IMG/VR virus record: IMGVR_UViG_3300017971_000185
Location: 433,195 to 497,194 of that record
Strand: one strand, 5' to 3'
DNA: 64,000 bases
Every line of letters begins with the position of its first letter. Position 1 is the stretch's first letter. Shown here piece after piece: positions 1 through 9,421 of the stretch. A program made the position numbers and the translations under genes. The notes beneath the pieces were generated by a model, which saw only the letters and a program-made list of their open reading frames with translations, ran no database searches and was not told where the DNA came from.

Positions 1-255
1 ATCAAGGGCGACACGCCGCAGGGACACGAAGATCTGGTTCCGCTCATCGAGGGCGTCTCCGGCATAGCTCTCATGACCGGCGAGTTTTACGCCAAGAAAC
101 TCAAGCAGCACGACTGCAAGAAGGGGGTCGCCGCGCTGGGGGCCATTGCGTACATTCGGGGGTTGATCAAGCCCATCACCGATCAGGTCGCCGAGCCCGG
201 TAGCATGATCTCGGTCCCGGCTGTCGAGATCACGTTTGACGAGTGTAGACGCTAG
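1..255 (+). CDS. Hypothetical protein, 5'-truncated by the window edge
   Basis: Frame is open from base 1 (IKGDTPQGHEDLVPL...) to TAG 253-255 and is followed by a hairpin. Confidence 0.6.
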   Translation: MKGDTPQGHEDLVPLIEGVSGIALMTGEFYAKKLKQHDCKKGVAALGAIAYIRGLIKPITDQVAEPGSMISVPAVEITFDECRR

Positions 256-271
256 TTCCGCCCACGGCAGC

Positions 272-308
272 CAGAAACCGGGCTCTGGGCTCCAGGGTCC
301 GGTTTCTG
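272..308 (+). terminator. Long stem-loop, probable terminator
   Basis: CAGAAACCGG 272-281 pairs with CCGGTTTCTG 299-308; inner GCTCTGG/CCAGGGT pairs with G-U; lies directly after a stop codon. Confidence 0.6.
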
Positions 309-384
309 CGTTTCTGGGCCTTTCAGGGGCTCCTGGGCCGGTACTCCGCCTATCCGTCCCATTTGAGTAGGACTCCTCTACCTC

Positions 385-711
385 ATGGAAAAGAAACCAT
401 CTGAGCGGCGGATCATCATGGCTAAGAAGGTGGCCCGTGATTGGCTGCTGAAACGTGCCAAACCAGAGTATCGATTCCGGGTTTACCACAACCAGGATTC
501 GGCGCCTTATGTGAGTTTGTTGCGGAGCTTTCGGGATGGTCGTTTCAAGCTCGCGGGTGTGGACCAGCTTCCCGATTTGGGGGTGAAGGAAGAGGTCGGC
601 GGTTTCACAGTATGGTCGTCAGACTGGAAGGCGATCATGTCGCTCAAGACCTTCTTTGAGAAGAAGGGGATGGATACGTCGTGGATTTGGACCCGAGATG
701 GTGATCGATGA
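385..711 (+). CDS. Hypothetical protein (KKVARDWL motif)
   Basis: 108-aa ORF; stop overlaps next start (ATGA). Confidence 0.6.
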   Translation: MEKKPSERRIIMAKKVARDWLLKRAKPEYRFRVYHNQDSAPYVSLLRSFRDGRFKLAGVDQLPDLGVKEEVGGFTVWSSDWKAIMSLKTFFEKKGMDTSWIWTRDGDR

Positions 712-1136
712 CCCTCTCACTGATCGAGTCAGCGTTCACGTACCGCTCGGAGAGCGGCGGACAGTCGTGGTACTACACCATCGTCCAGAACATGAATGGT
801 GTGCTTGGGATTCGAGACATCCTCTCGCCCTACGGTCCTCTCTGCGATTCCAACACACAGATTCCGCAATTCGTTCTCGATGATCAGCAGACGGCCATCG
901 GCCAGGTGGAGAATATCTTGGCTACCACAAGTGCGATCAATGGCATTCTGACGTTCACGAACGATACGAGTCAAACGGTGACGTTCGCGACACCCCTTTC
1001 CAACACGAGCTATCGCGTCCAGATTGCTCAACAAGACCCGGTGTACTTCTGGACGACAAACAAAACTCTCACCGGCTTCACCATCAACGCGAGCATCTCG
1101 TTTACGGGGTTCGTGGGCTTCGATCTGTTCGTGTAG
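708..1136 (+). CDS. Putative virion structural protein with C-terminal beta-sandwich (fibre-tip-like) module
   Basis: T/S/N-rich; C-terminal TSQTVTFATPLSNTSYRV...KTLTGFTI resembles the C-terminus of ORF 2207-3835. Confidence 0.45.
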   Translation: MTLSLIESAFTYRSESGGQSWYYTIVQNMNGVLGIRDILSPYGPLCDSNTQIPQFVLDDQQTAIGQVENILATTSAINGILTFTNDTSQTVTFATPLSNTSYRVQIAQQDPVYFWTTNKTLTGFTINASISFTGFVGFDLFV

Positions 1137-1144
1137 GAGGACTC

Positions 1145-2197
1145 ATGTCGCTACGCAAGAGAGTCTTGAAGCTGGCTTATCAACGGGAGGATCTGCGGTC
1201 CTATCTGTTGCCTTTGATCGAGAAGGATGCGGGCGCTCTGGGTAGTCTTTCCAAGCAGATTGAGAAGCTACAGGGTGTCGATAGCGTCAAGGTGATTTCG
1301 GACAAGCCGACTTTGAACGGGAAACGAGAGGTTATCCTTGGGATCTACATGGACGCTGAGATTGGAGCTACGAAAGGTCGTCAACACCTAACGAGGCTCG
1401 TCCGCAAGGAGCTAGACCGCGCGGTATCGAAGTATCCAGTTGTCATGATTCGAATGTTGTCCCCAAGCCCTGGTCTAGATCCCTTCGGTCGTCCGGGGGT
1501 GGGGTGGGACACGCATCGCGAGAGGTTCCAGAAATACTACTCGGAACATCCCTACAAACTCATTTTGGAGACAGAGCCGGGAGTGTTGCGGACGGCCAAG
1601 GACTTTTGGGTGGAGCTTCGCGAGTTGCCTCCGGTGCTTCAGCGGGCTCTCAAGTCCGTGGGATACCGGCGCAAGGACATTCGAGTCGAGCCGGACACGA
1701 CCTACAGTCCGAGCGAAGGGTCGGCCAGTGCTTCGGGACAGCGCGGCTACGTCATCGTCGTCAACATGCAGACGGGTCAGATGAAAACGGAGATGGGCTC
1801 GTGGGGCGGCCCCAACCCCTTCGAGCGCAAGCAGGTTGATCTGGATCGGCGCAACTACCCCATCCCGGCCAACGGAGCTGTGGTTGTTGGCGAATCGGGT
1901 GGTCGTGGCTCCTTTGCCCGCATCAAAGTCAACCCATCCAACCTGTCGGCCATTCTTCCGTCTGGGGATGAGGACAAACTTCCTCCCGATGAGCAGAAGG
2001 CTCTCAACATCATCGGCGGGATCAAGGGCGGTCACCGGGTCCGCTACTTCGAACGCAATAACCTTGGCCCCTACGACTTTCGGGCTAACCCCCTTCTCCA
2101 GTCGCTCGCCAAGAAGGGGATGATCAAAGCCAACCGGGCTGGGGCGATGAAGATCACCACGAAGGGGCGCAACGCCATGACGCGGGAGATCCTCTAG
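1145..2197 (+). CDS. Hypothetical protein with N-terminal LRxxxxxLA tag (putative internal head protein)
   Basis: GGAGG RBS; MSLRKRVLKLAYQREDLRSYLLPLI resembles the N-termini of three other ORFs. Confidence 0.65.
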   Translation: MSLRKRVLKLAYQREDLRSYLLPLIEKDAGALGSLSKQIEKLQGVDSVKVISDKPTLNGKREVILGIYMDAEIGATKGRQHLTRLVRKELDRAVSKYPVVMIRMLSPSPGLDPFGRPGVGWDTHRERFQKYYSEHPYKLILETEPGVLRTAKDFWVELRELPPVLQRALKSVGYRRKDIRVEPDTTYSPSEGSASASGQRGYVIVVNMQTGQMKTEMGSWGGPNPFERKQVDLDRRNYPIPANGAVVVGESGGRGSFARIKVNPSNLSAILPSGDEDKLPPDEQKALNIIGGIKGGHRVRYFERNNLGPYDFRANPLLQSLAKKGMIKANRAGAMKITTKGRNAMTREIL

Positions 2198-2206
2198 GAG
2201 CAACTC

Positions 2207-3835
2207 ATGGCACAGCCCCCGCTCAAACTCGATGCTCTGGAAATCGTCGGCGATAGTGGCGTTGGTGTTCGGCTAATCGAGTCGGACGCGACAACCGGAG
2301 AGCTTCTCTTTTCGGATGCTGTTGTAAGCGCTCGCAAGCTGGCCGAAATCATCGGTTTGCAGGGTGTCGATGGTGTGATCGTTTGCGGCTCTGGCGATGG
2401 CGTGAGCAAGGACGCGGACAACAACCCGATCACGACCCTTCAGGCAGCCTTTGCGGCGGTTCCCACGTCAGCGAGCGCCTCGAATCCCTGGCTCATTCTT
2501 CTAATGCCGGGGGTCTACATCGAGGATGTTTACGCTGATCGTGACGGCGTCCAGGTCCGGGGACTCGGAAACGTCATCGTTCGGAACGCCACTGCGAACG
2601 ATACGCTCACTATCTTGGAGGGACCTTTCTCGGTGCCTCGGCGTGTGACCTTTGAAGGCGTGCGCTTCGAGAACACCGACGTGTCGAGCGCTTGTGTCAC
2701 GGTGACTTCTGCGCTCTACGCGACAGGCACGATCACGGTATCCGATGTGACGCTTGCGGGAGACACGGTTTCCATTGCCGGGATCACGCTCACGGCGATT
2801 GCGTCCGGTGTTCCGGTAGCGGGAGAATTTCTGCTTGGAGCCACGTTCATCGACACGGCCACGAATCTCACGACGGCAATCAACGATCCAATCAACACGC
2901 CGCTTGACACGACGGTTAAGGCATTTTCCAGCGGTCCGGTGATCACGCTTCGAGCGCAGGTACCTGGGTTGGCTGGAAATGCGATTACGATGGCAACTTC
3001 TGTGCCGGCAACTTTTGTGCTTTCGGGAGCCACGCTGGCTGGTGGGGTAGATTCGGCTGCCGGTTCTACGGTTGCGAACGATCATATCGCGTTTCTCAAC
3101 TGCGACTTCGTTCCGGCCGGAGTGACGGGCCAGTACATGAACCTGGCGTCGATCAACAACATCTACGTGCAGGGCGGCGACTGCGCCGGATCGAGCACCG
3201 GAGCTACGTTGATCTGTCACGAGTGTGCTCGGTTTGAGGTTGTCGGACTCGGCAACGTTTCTCGAATCGACCTTCGTTACGATTCAGGCGGCACGTTGCC
3301 GTCCATCGCGACATCCACCTACACGTTGCGCGACATGACGGTTTCGACGGCGGTCACGGCAACGTTTGTTGGGGTGGTCGGGAGCCTAGATGTTCGCTCG
3401 TCTCGGCTAAGCGCAGCGTTTACGTTGTCTGGCGGGACGGCTTTGATTGCCAATTCGGACGTGAGCACTTCCACGACGGTGGGTGGGGGAGGCGCTCTCA
3501 CGGCGCAAAACTCGTCTCTGGGTGCTCTGGATGTGACGGGTTCCTCGGCGGCTACACTGACGAATTGCACACGCGGCACCCTGACTGGAGACGGGACTTC
3601 CACCGTAGCGGAGACTCTCTCGGTTGGGTCGCTCGCATTCGCCGCTGCACCAGCAGCGACATTCACGTTCCCGGTTCCCCAGCCAGATGCAGCCTACACC
3701 GTGCATCTCGATTCGGCCATCTTGCCTGGGGCGGTTGCGGACATTCCGGTTGTGACTTCTCGATCGGCAGCCAGTTTCACGGTGACGTTCGGCGCACCAC
3801 AGACGACCACGGTCGGTTTCACGGTAACGAGGTAA
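2207..3835 (+). CDS. Putative fibre/appendage structural protein, beta-helix-rich
   Basis: 542 aa, A/G/T/S/V-rich, few charged residues; PITTLQAAFAAV...ILLMPGVYIE start typical of beta-helix domains; TATNLTTAIN module. Confidence 0.5.
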   Translation: MAQPPLKLDALEIVGDSGVGVRLIESDATTGELLFSDAVVSARKLAEIIGLQGVDGVIVCGSGDGVSKDADNNPITTLQAAFAAVPTSASASNPWLILLMPGVYIEDVYADRDGVQVRGLGNVIVRNATANDTLTILEGPFSVPRRVTFEGVRFENTDVSSACVTVTSALYATGTITVSDVTLAGDTVSIAGITLTAIASGVPVAGEFLLGATFIDTATNLTTAINDPINTPLDTTVKAFSSGPVITLRAQVPGLAGNAITMATSVPATFVLSGATLAGGVDSAAGSTVANDHIAFLNCDFVPAGVTGQYMNLASINNIYVQGGDCAGSSTGATLICHECARFEVVGLGNVSRIDLRYDSGGTLPSIATSTYTLRDMTVSTAVTATFVGVVGSLDVRSSRLSAAFTLSGGTALIANSDVSTSTTVGGGGALTAQNSSLGALDVTGSSAATLTNCTRGTLTGDGTSTVAETLSVGSLAFAAAPAATFTFPVPQPDAAYTVHLDSAILPGAVADIPVVTSRSAASFTVTFGAPQTTTVGFTVTR

Positions 3836-3838
3836 TCA

Positions 3839-4402
3839 ATGAGTGGTGACCCCTTCGATCCCTATGCCAGCATTACGCTGGGCCCCGACACCGATGTGAT
3901 GGACTCCCACATCCAGGGCAAAAAGTTGGATGGGGGTCAGTTTGTTGCGGTTCGGAGCCTGACTGATCGTGAGCGTGAGAAGAATGCGTTGGCGGTTCCG
4001 GCGGTTGCGGGTACGCGCGTTGCTTTCGTGGCAAACATTGGTTCGGTTCTTCACTATGACTACATCCCTGATGAGGGCGTCGAGGGATCGGTTATCATGG
4101 TGCGGACGGCAGAGGGTGACTGCACGAGCCTGGGAGACAATGTGTTCGTGAGATGGGATGACGGGTACTTCATGCCCGTCTCTCGCTACCACCTTCGGCC
4201 AGGAACCTCCGAGGACGCAAACCCTCCCACCATGCGCTTCGCCAGCCTTGGTGACTTGCACGGAACCTTCATTAGCTCGGACGACAAGACAAGTGAGTTA
4301 GTCCACAAGAGCACGAAGGACCTGTGGAGCTTTGAGGAGAAGGACGGCGAGTATGTGATCAGCCGTTTGTTTGATGACACGGGAGAGCCCTTGAAAGGCT
4401 AG
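3839..4402 (+). CDS. Hypothetical protein
   Basis: 187-aa ORF closely spaced within the operon, GC3-rich codons. Confidence 0.65.
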   Translation: MSGDPFDPYASITLGPDTDVMDSHIQGKKLDGGQFVAVRSLTDREREKNALAVPAVAGTRVAFVANIGSVLHYDYIPDEGVEGSVIMVRTAEGDCTSLGDNVFVRWDDGYFMPVSRYHLRPGTSEDANPPTMRFASLGDLHGTFISSDDKTSELVHKSTKDLWSFEEKDGEYVISRLFDDTGEPLKG

Positions 4403-4405
4403 GCC

Positions 4406-4738
4406 ATGACGCTTCGCAAGAATCTCATCCGCCTTGCACACGAGAATCCCGGCATGCTTCGGGAAGCGTTGCTTGATGTATTGGCCGCCAAGCTGACGCT
4501 TCGCCAGGTCAAGGCTCTGATCAAGAAACACAATCTTCCGGGGGAGGTGAGCGGTCGCGGGACGGATTGGGAGATCGAGGTCGCGAACGAGAACCAGAAG
4601 CGGAAGGTGGAAAAGGTGATCAAGGGCCTGGGAGGCTTCAAGACCGGGTATGGCGGCTGGGGTGTTGCGCCAGGGCTACAAGGGCAAAGGCGAGTGGAGC
4701 GATCCCGCGTCGAAGTGGCACTACTAGGCTGTAAGTAG
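4406..4738 (+). CDS. Hypothetical protein with LRKNLIRLA tag; possible +1 frameshift at 4659-4662
   Basis: MTLRKNLIRLAHENPGMLREALL; the alternative frame gives VLRQGYKGKGEWSDPASKWHY*, stop 4725-4727. Confidence 0.6.
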   Translation: MTLRKNLIRLAHENPGMLREALLDVLAAKLTLRQVKALIKKHNLPGEVSGRGTDWEIEVANENQKRKVEKVIKGLGGFKTGYGGWGVAPGLQGQRRVERSRVEVALLGCK

Positions 4739-4774
4739 CGAATCCTCCTATAGAAAAACCCCCTACGGACCCCC

Positions 4775-5443
4775 ATGACTCAGCCCGACCCACAGCGTGT
4801 AGCAGCCATTTACCAGGCTAGGTGCTTGTATTCACGGGCAGAAAGCCTGTTGGCGTCAATGGACCGGATCGCGAGCCAGGAGACGGGAGGCCGCATCAAG
4901 ACGGCTGGAGAGGTCATCTTCAGGAAGGATCGCGGCGGAGACGAGAATCAGTGGGCCTATGCTGATGTTGGGCCATCCGAGCGTGTCATAGGGGATTTCA
5001 ACTATTCGCCCAAGAACCTCAAGCCTCTGGCGCGGGCGCTACGCTCGACGCTGGCTGGATTGGGGCATGTTCTCTCGGCCTACAACGTGTTTGCCAAAAC
5101 CAAGTCGGCGCGTGTGAGCCCGGACGGAAGTCTGGGTGGCAAGGGATTCATCCAGAAGATCTCGGACATGAGACGGCAGTTTATGAATTGTGTCGAGTCC
5201 TTGTCGGCTCTGTCGGACACGCTCTATGACGAAGTGAATGCTCCGCACTGGTCCGTGCTCTCGCGTCAAGAAGACTCCGAGCAGAAACGTGAAGTGCAGG
5301 AGATGATCGAGGACGTGGAGGAGATCCGCAGCGATCCCGAGGAGTGGGCCGAGGAGCAGATCGAAGAAGAGTTTGAGGAAGGCAACGAAGGGGTTGCCAA
5401 GACCGCGAGCCGACTAGCGAGCCGTTGGTTGGAAGGTGCCTAA
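4775..5443 (+). CDS. Hypothetical protein (RVAAIY, KTAG, KTAS motifs)
   Basis: 222-aa ORF; stop overlaps next ATG. Confidence 0.65.
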   Translation: MTQPDPQRVAAIYQARCLYSRAESLLASMDRIASQETGGRIKTAGEVIFRKDRGGDENQWAYADVGPSERVIGDFNYSPKNLKPLARALRSTLAGLGHVLSAYNVFAKTKSARVSPDGSLGGKGFIQKISDMRRQFMNCVESLSALSDTLYDEVNAPHWSVLSRQEDSEQKREVQEMIEDVEEIRSDPEEWAEEQIEEEFEEGNEGVAKTASRLASRWLEGA

Positions 5444-7398
5444 TGGGTTCCAAGATGCCAAGTGACGATCTCACGCCCACCATGGGATACAACTATCTCT
5501 TGGAGGGGTACGACTTCGATGAGCAGTATGGGGATGGTGTTGTCGATGGCGCCAGGCTTCCCGAAGCCTATGGTCTCGGCGGACTGCCCGATGGCATCGT
5601 TGATGCGGACGATAAACTCGCGATTCCCGAGGGAGTCGAGCGTACGGAGGAAGAAGGGTTCGATCTGACCAGCACGGATCTGGTAGCCGACAGCGGTCTG
5701 CCGCAGCCGGAGTATCAGGAGGATGAGGCCCATACGGATTCGGTACCTGATGTCACGGACTTCTCCTGGTTAGAGGATGCTGAGCAAGATCCCAATCGGC
5801 TTCCGAGCTTGGCGACCAATCGAGTGATCCCAGAGCTAGTTGAAGCATGGGGCAAGAGAACGGATGGTATTCGTCGGATCGAGGCAGTCGATCGTGACGC
5901 AGCCCCAACCGAAACGAAGGTTTCCGATGCTGACCTTCGGCGTGTTCTGGCTTCGGCAATGCGCAAGTCCGCTTCCGGCGTTTCGGTTGCTCAGATCAAG
6001 GAAGAGGTCGTTCAAGCTCTCGGCCATGAAGCAGCACGGCTGGCGAAGCCCATGAAGGCTCTGGAGAATGAGCATGGGCTCGTTGGGAATGTGTACTTGC
6101 GTCCAAGCGCTTTCCCTGGACTGCTCCGGGGGAAGTGGGCCAAGGAGATCAAGAAGAATTACAAGACCGCACGCTATCTCATAGCGTGCGGACAATGCAC
6201 GGCGTGCAAGGGCGGCAACAGCTCGGAGTGCGCCTGCAATGCTCTGCTGGGCCTGAAAGTGGTTACGGCGGTTGACTGGAATCAGGCATACGCCCACTAC
6301 GCGCCGCGTCTGGAGGCGACAGGGCGACTGGACCGTATGGCTACGGTCATGGACAAGCGCCTGGCGCTCCAACAAGCATTCCTGCGTCACGAGCGGAACG
6401 TGGTGCCGGTGACGCGGCAGCAATTCCCCAAGGATGTGGTGCCCGAGCCGGAGATTTCGCCAGAGGAGGCGCGTCGGGCATTTGCGGAAACTGGCCCAGC
6501 GAAGCGTGAAGTGGTCGATCCGGCCAAATTGGCCGCGAAGCACCAGAGCAAGAAGGTGCAGGCGAAGATTGGACAATGGGTCAACGCTCGTCTCCTCACA
6601 GAAGGTGAGGCGCGTACTCTCCTGGAGTCCGGTGGACATCCAGACGCCATGCTCAAGAAAGCAGCGCGTATCATTACAGCACGCAAGGAGAGTGGGGTCT
6701 ACAGAGGGGATGGTCGTCTGCCGCCAATGGCGACGGCGAAAGAAGCATTCGAGGCGATGCGGGGTCAGGGTGCGGAGCTACAGAAGCGTGTGGCTTCTCA
6801 GCAAGTCCCAGAGCCAGAGGGTGAGAATGTCCGTCAGGTCACACAGATGATGCGGTGGGCCAGGCGACAGATGACAGAAGGATTCGCAGGCAAGGGTCTG
6901 ACCGATCTGCTCAGAGGGAAATTCTCTCCGCGGTTGCTCTCGGCAGCCAGCAAGCAACTGACTCAGATCCGCAAGAAGCATGAAGGGCTTTCGGGGCGCG
7001 TGTATGTGGATGCCGCTGCCTATGCTTCATCGAGCGGGACAAAAGGCTGTGAGGAAGGCGCTCTGATTCACCGCGCGAACGCACTACCTACCGTTTTGGC
7101 TATGTCACGTTGTAGCTCGTGCGTGTCGCGGAGTCAGTTGGAAGATGGCACGATGCGGTGCCAGAAGTACAACAAGATGTTGGTGGATGCGCCGCCGGTC
7201 GAAAACCCACTCGTGTATCAGGCTGAGCAGATACGGCTGGCCGATGCTTCGGATGCCGAGATAACGGCTTCGATTTTCTCGCCATCCGAGTTTGATCTCT
7301 GCAACGATAACCTTGAAGGCTTCGACATCGATGAGGGGCCGCCTTTGTCCAAGTTGTCAGAGTACACCTTCGGAGGCATGGAGTGGAATGATGAGTAG
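5443..7398 (+). CDS. Large hypothetical protein with duplicated EHGLxGxVY + Cys-cluster module
   Basis: TAATG coupling at 5441-5445; EHGLVGNVY..CGQCTAC and KHEGLSGRVY..CSSC..CQKY. Confidence 0.65.
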   Translation: MGSKMPSDDLTPTMGYNYLLEGYDFDEQYGDGVVDGARLPEAYGLGGLPDGIVDADDKLAIPEGVERTEEEGFDLTSTDLVADSGLPQPEYQEDEAHTDSVPDVTDFSWLEDAEQDPNRLPSLATNRVIPELVEAWGKRTDGIRRIEAVDRDAAPTETKVSDADLRRVLASAMRKSASGVSVAQIKEEVVQALGHEAARLAKPMKALENEHGLVGNVYLRPSAFPGLLRGKWAKEIKKNYKTARYLIACGQCTACKGGNSSECACNALLGLKVVTAVDWNQAYAHYAPRLEATGRLDRMATVMDKRLALQQAFLRHERNVVPVTRQQFPKDVVPEPEISPEEARRAFAETGPAKREVVDPAKLAAKHQSKKVQAKIGQWVNARLLTEGEARTLLESGGHPDAMLKKAARIITARKESGVYRGDGRLPPMATAKEAFEAMRGQGAELQKRVASQQVPEPEGENVRQVTQMMRWARRQMTEGFAGKGLTDLLRGKFSPRLLSAASKQLTQIRKKHEGLSGRVYVDAAAYASSSGTKGCEEGALIHRANALPTVLAMSRCSSCVSRSQLEDGTMRCQKYNKMLVDAPPVENPLVYQAEQIRLADASDAEITASIFSPSEFDLCNDNLEGFDIDEGPPLSKLSEYTFGGMEWNDE

Positions 7399-7705
7399 TC
7401 TGCGAAGTCACCTCATCCGACTCGCTCATGAGAACCCTGGCGAAGTGCGCGACGCCATCCTCCCGCTGCTCAAGGAGGCCGCCAAGAAGTTGGGCAAGCC
7501 AGAGATCATCCACGGGATGAAGTACGGAGGAACGCGCTACAAGTACAACTACGGGATCTTCATCGATCACGTAGAGAAAGACGGAGATTTTCTCGTGGCT
7601 CAATCCGGCAAGAGGACCAAGAAACACGGAAAGGCCAAGAGTCTGAAGGAAGCTGAGAAACTCGCACTGAGAAAGTGTGAATTCACCACGAAGCCTTCGC
7701 ACTGA
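7391..7705 (+). CDS. Small basic protein with LRSHLIRLA tag
   Basis: GGAG RBS before ATG 7391; SLRSHLIRLAHENPGEVRDAILPLL. Confidence 0.6.
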   Translation: MSSLRSHLIRLAHENPGEVRDAILPLLKEAAKKLGKPEIIHGMKYGGTRYKYNYGIFIDHVEKDGDFLVAQSGKRTKKHGKAKSLKEAEKLALRKCEFTTKPSH

Positions 7706-7732
7706 GAAACGGCTACTACGGACGGTGATCTG

Positions 7733-9412
7733 ATGACTGCTCTAGCTCTTCAAAGCTGGATCGTTGCTCCCGAGGTAGAGCGGGTGGCGCGGGAGTTTTC
7801 CCCCGAGGAGTGGGAGACGTACAAGAAGGATCACCCTGGCGCAAAGCGGGAGCGTCATACGATCCGTGAGCGCAAGAGGGAGCGTGGGAAGGAAGAGGAG
7901 AAGGCTGAGAAGCCGAAGGGGAAAGCGAACGAGACCAAGGAGGCGCTCAAGGCCGCGAAGCCGAAGATCGAGAGCAAATTCAAGGAGGCGATCGGCGAGC
8001 AGTCGCAGAAGATCGCGGATGGTGTCGATAAGCTCCTGAGTATCTCTGAGGGCTCGACAAGCAAGTTTCTCAAGCATCTACCTACAGCGGGTATCGCTGT
8101 TGGCGCTGCGGTAGGCGCTGCTCTGGGGCCTGAGTGGCTTGATGCTCTGGGTTCTGGCGATCTCGCAACGATGTTGCCAGGGATCAAGGGCACACTGCTC
8201 GCAGGAGCGGCAGGAGCGGCGATGGGAGCTATTCCCGGTAGTGCAACGGTGTTGGCAGGTCTCGGGGCGTTGGGAGTGCTCGCCAAGAAACTTGCCAAGT
8301 GGGCTGGCGGTAAGGAAGGCAAGACAGCCGCCGATTTGGCCGACATGCCTGATGATCTCAAGCAAGCATTGCTCGACTACTTTACGAACGTGACGGATGA
8401 CGAGATGGCGCTAGTCGGGAAGGCGAAGTCCAAAGAGAACGCAGCCAGCCTTGCCGCTGCGGTTCTCAAACAAGAGGAAGAGAAAACAGAAGGTGGGGAG
8501 AAGCAGGCTGCTTTGATGAATAGGTGGTCCTCAATGGAGAACACTAAGCAAGCATGCGTCAACCTCAGAGCGCTGATGGCGTTGTTGCAGGCAATGTATC
8601 AGCACTACTACACAGCACACTGGACAACGCGTGGGGAGCCTTTCTACGGTAAGCATCTCATGTTCCAGCGCATTTATGAGGCAATCGATGAGGAAGTCGA
8701 TTCTCTTGCTGAGAAGTTGGTTGCCTTCTTCGGTGCGGAAGCTGTTGAGCCTGTGGCGCTGGCTTCTTTGATGCAGGGATGGTTGCAGCGTTGGTCTTCG
8801 ATTGAGGATTTACGTCGTAGGTCTCTTCAAGCTGAGAAGGATTTTCAAGAGAGTCTGCGTCTGATCTACGATCAGTTAGAGAAGGAAGGCTCTTTGACGT
8901 TGGGGCTTGATGATTTTTTGGCCGCCATTGCCAATACCCATGAGACTCACACGTATTTGGTGCAGCAGTCACTTGGTGGTGTGTCGCGGGTAGCTACGTT
9001 GGTTGAGGCATGGGGACGAGGATATGGACCAGGACGTGGATATGAGTGTGGATATGGGCCGGGGCCGGGCCGGGGGCCAGGACCGGGCTGGGGTGGATAT
9101 GGGCCGGGGCCGGGATACGGGCCAGGATGGGCAGGATTGCCTGGCGAGATGACGCCTCTCGAAAAGTCCTGGGGTGGCTATTCGTCCTTCCGGCCGATTC
9201 GCCGTGGCGAGGAGGATGAGGACGAGGAAGTCGATGCCGATGACCTGGATCTCGATGCTTCATGGGAAAGTCTCGCGGACGATGAGGGCTATTTCCATTC
9301 GGTTCCGCAGTGGAGCGAGCTACGTGAGCTAGCAGAATCCGGCGAACGAGAGAAGATGCCGAAGACGGACCAAGAGCCCTTTGAAGGGTGGACTCTATCC
9401 GCGACCGGATAG
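7733..9412 (+). CDS. Multidomain protein: PEEW-HP module, Gly/Ala hydrophobic helices, Dps/ferritin-like domain, GYGPG repeats
   Basis: AHWTTRGEPFYGKHLMFQRIYEAIDEEVDSLAE matches the Dps HW..H..F..Y..D..AE signature. Confidence 0.7.
   Translation: MTALALQSWIVAPEVERVAREFSPEEWETYKKDHPGAKRERHTIRERKRERGKEEEKAEKPKGKANETKEALKAAKPKIESKFKEAIGEQSQKIADGVDKLLSISEGSTSKFLKHLPTAGIAVGAAVGAALGPEWLDALGSGDLATMLPGIKGTLLAGAAGAAMGAIPGSATVLAGLGALGVLAKKLAKWAGGKEGKTAADLADMPDDLKQALLDYFTNVTDDEMALVGKAKSKENAASLAAAVLKQEEEKTEGGEKQAALMNRWSSMENTKQACVNLRALMALLQAMYQHYYTAHWTTRGEPFYGKHLMFQRIYEAIDEEVDSLAEKLVAFFGAEAVEPVALASLMQGWLQRWSSIEDLRRRSLQAEKDFQESLRLIYDQLEKEGSLTLGLDDFLAAIANTHETHTYLVQQSLGGVSRVATLVEAWGRGYGPGRGYECGYGPGPGRGPGPGWGGYGPGPGYGPGWAGLPGEMTPLEKSWGGYSSFRPIRRGEEDEDEEVDADDLDLDASWESLADDEGYFHSVPQWSELRELAESGEREKMPKTDQEPFEGWTLSATG
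9013..9135 (+). repeat. Low-complexity G(Y/P/R)GPG coding repeat
   Basis: GRGYGPGRGYECGYGPGPGRGPGPGWGGYGPGPGYGPGW; repeated GGGCCGGGGCC. Confidence 0.85.
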
Positions 9413-9421
9413 GAGGACTGC

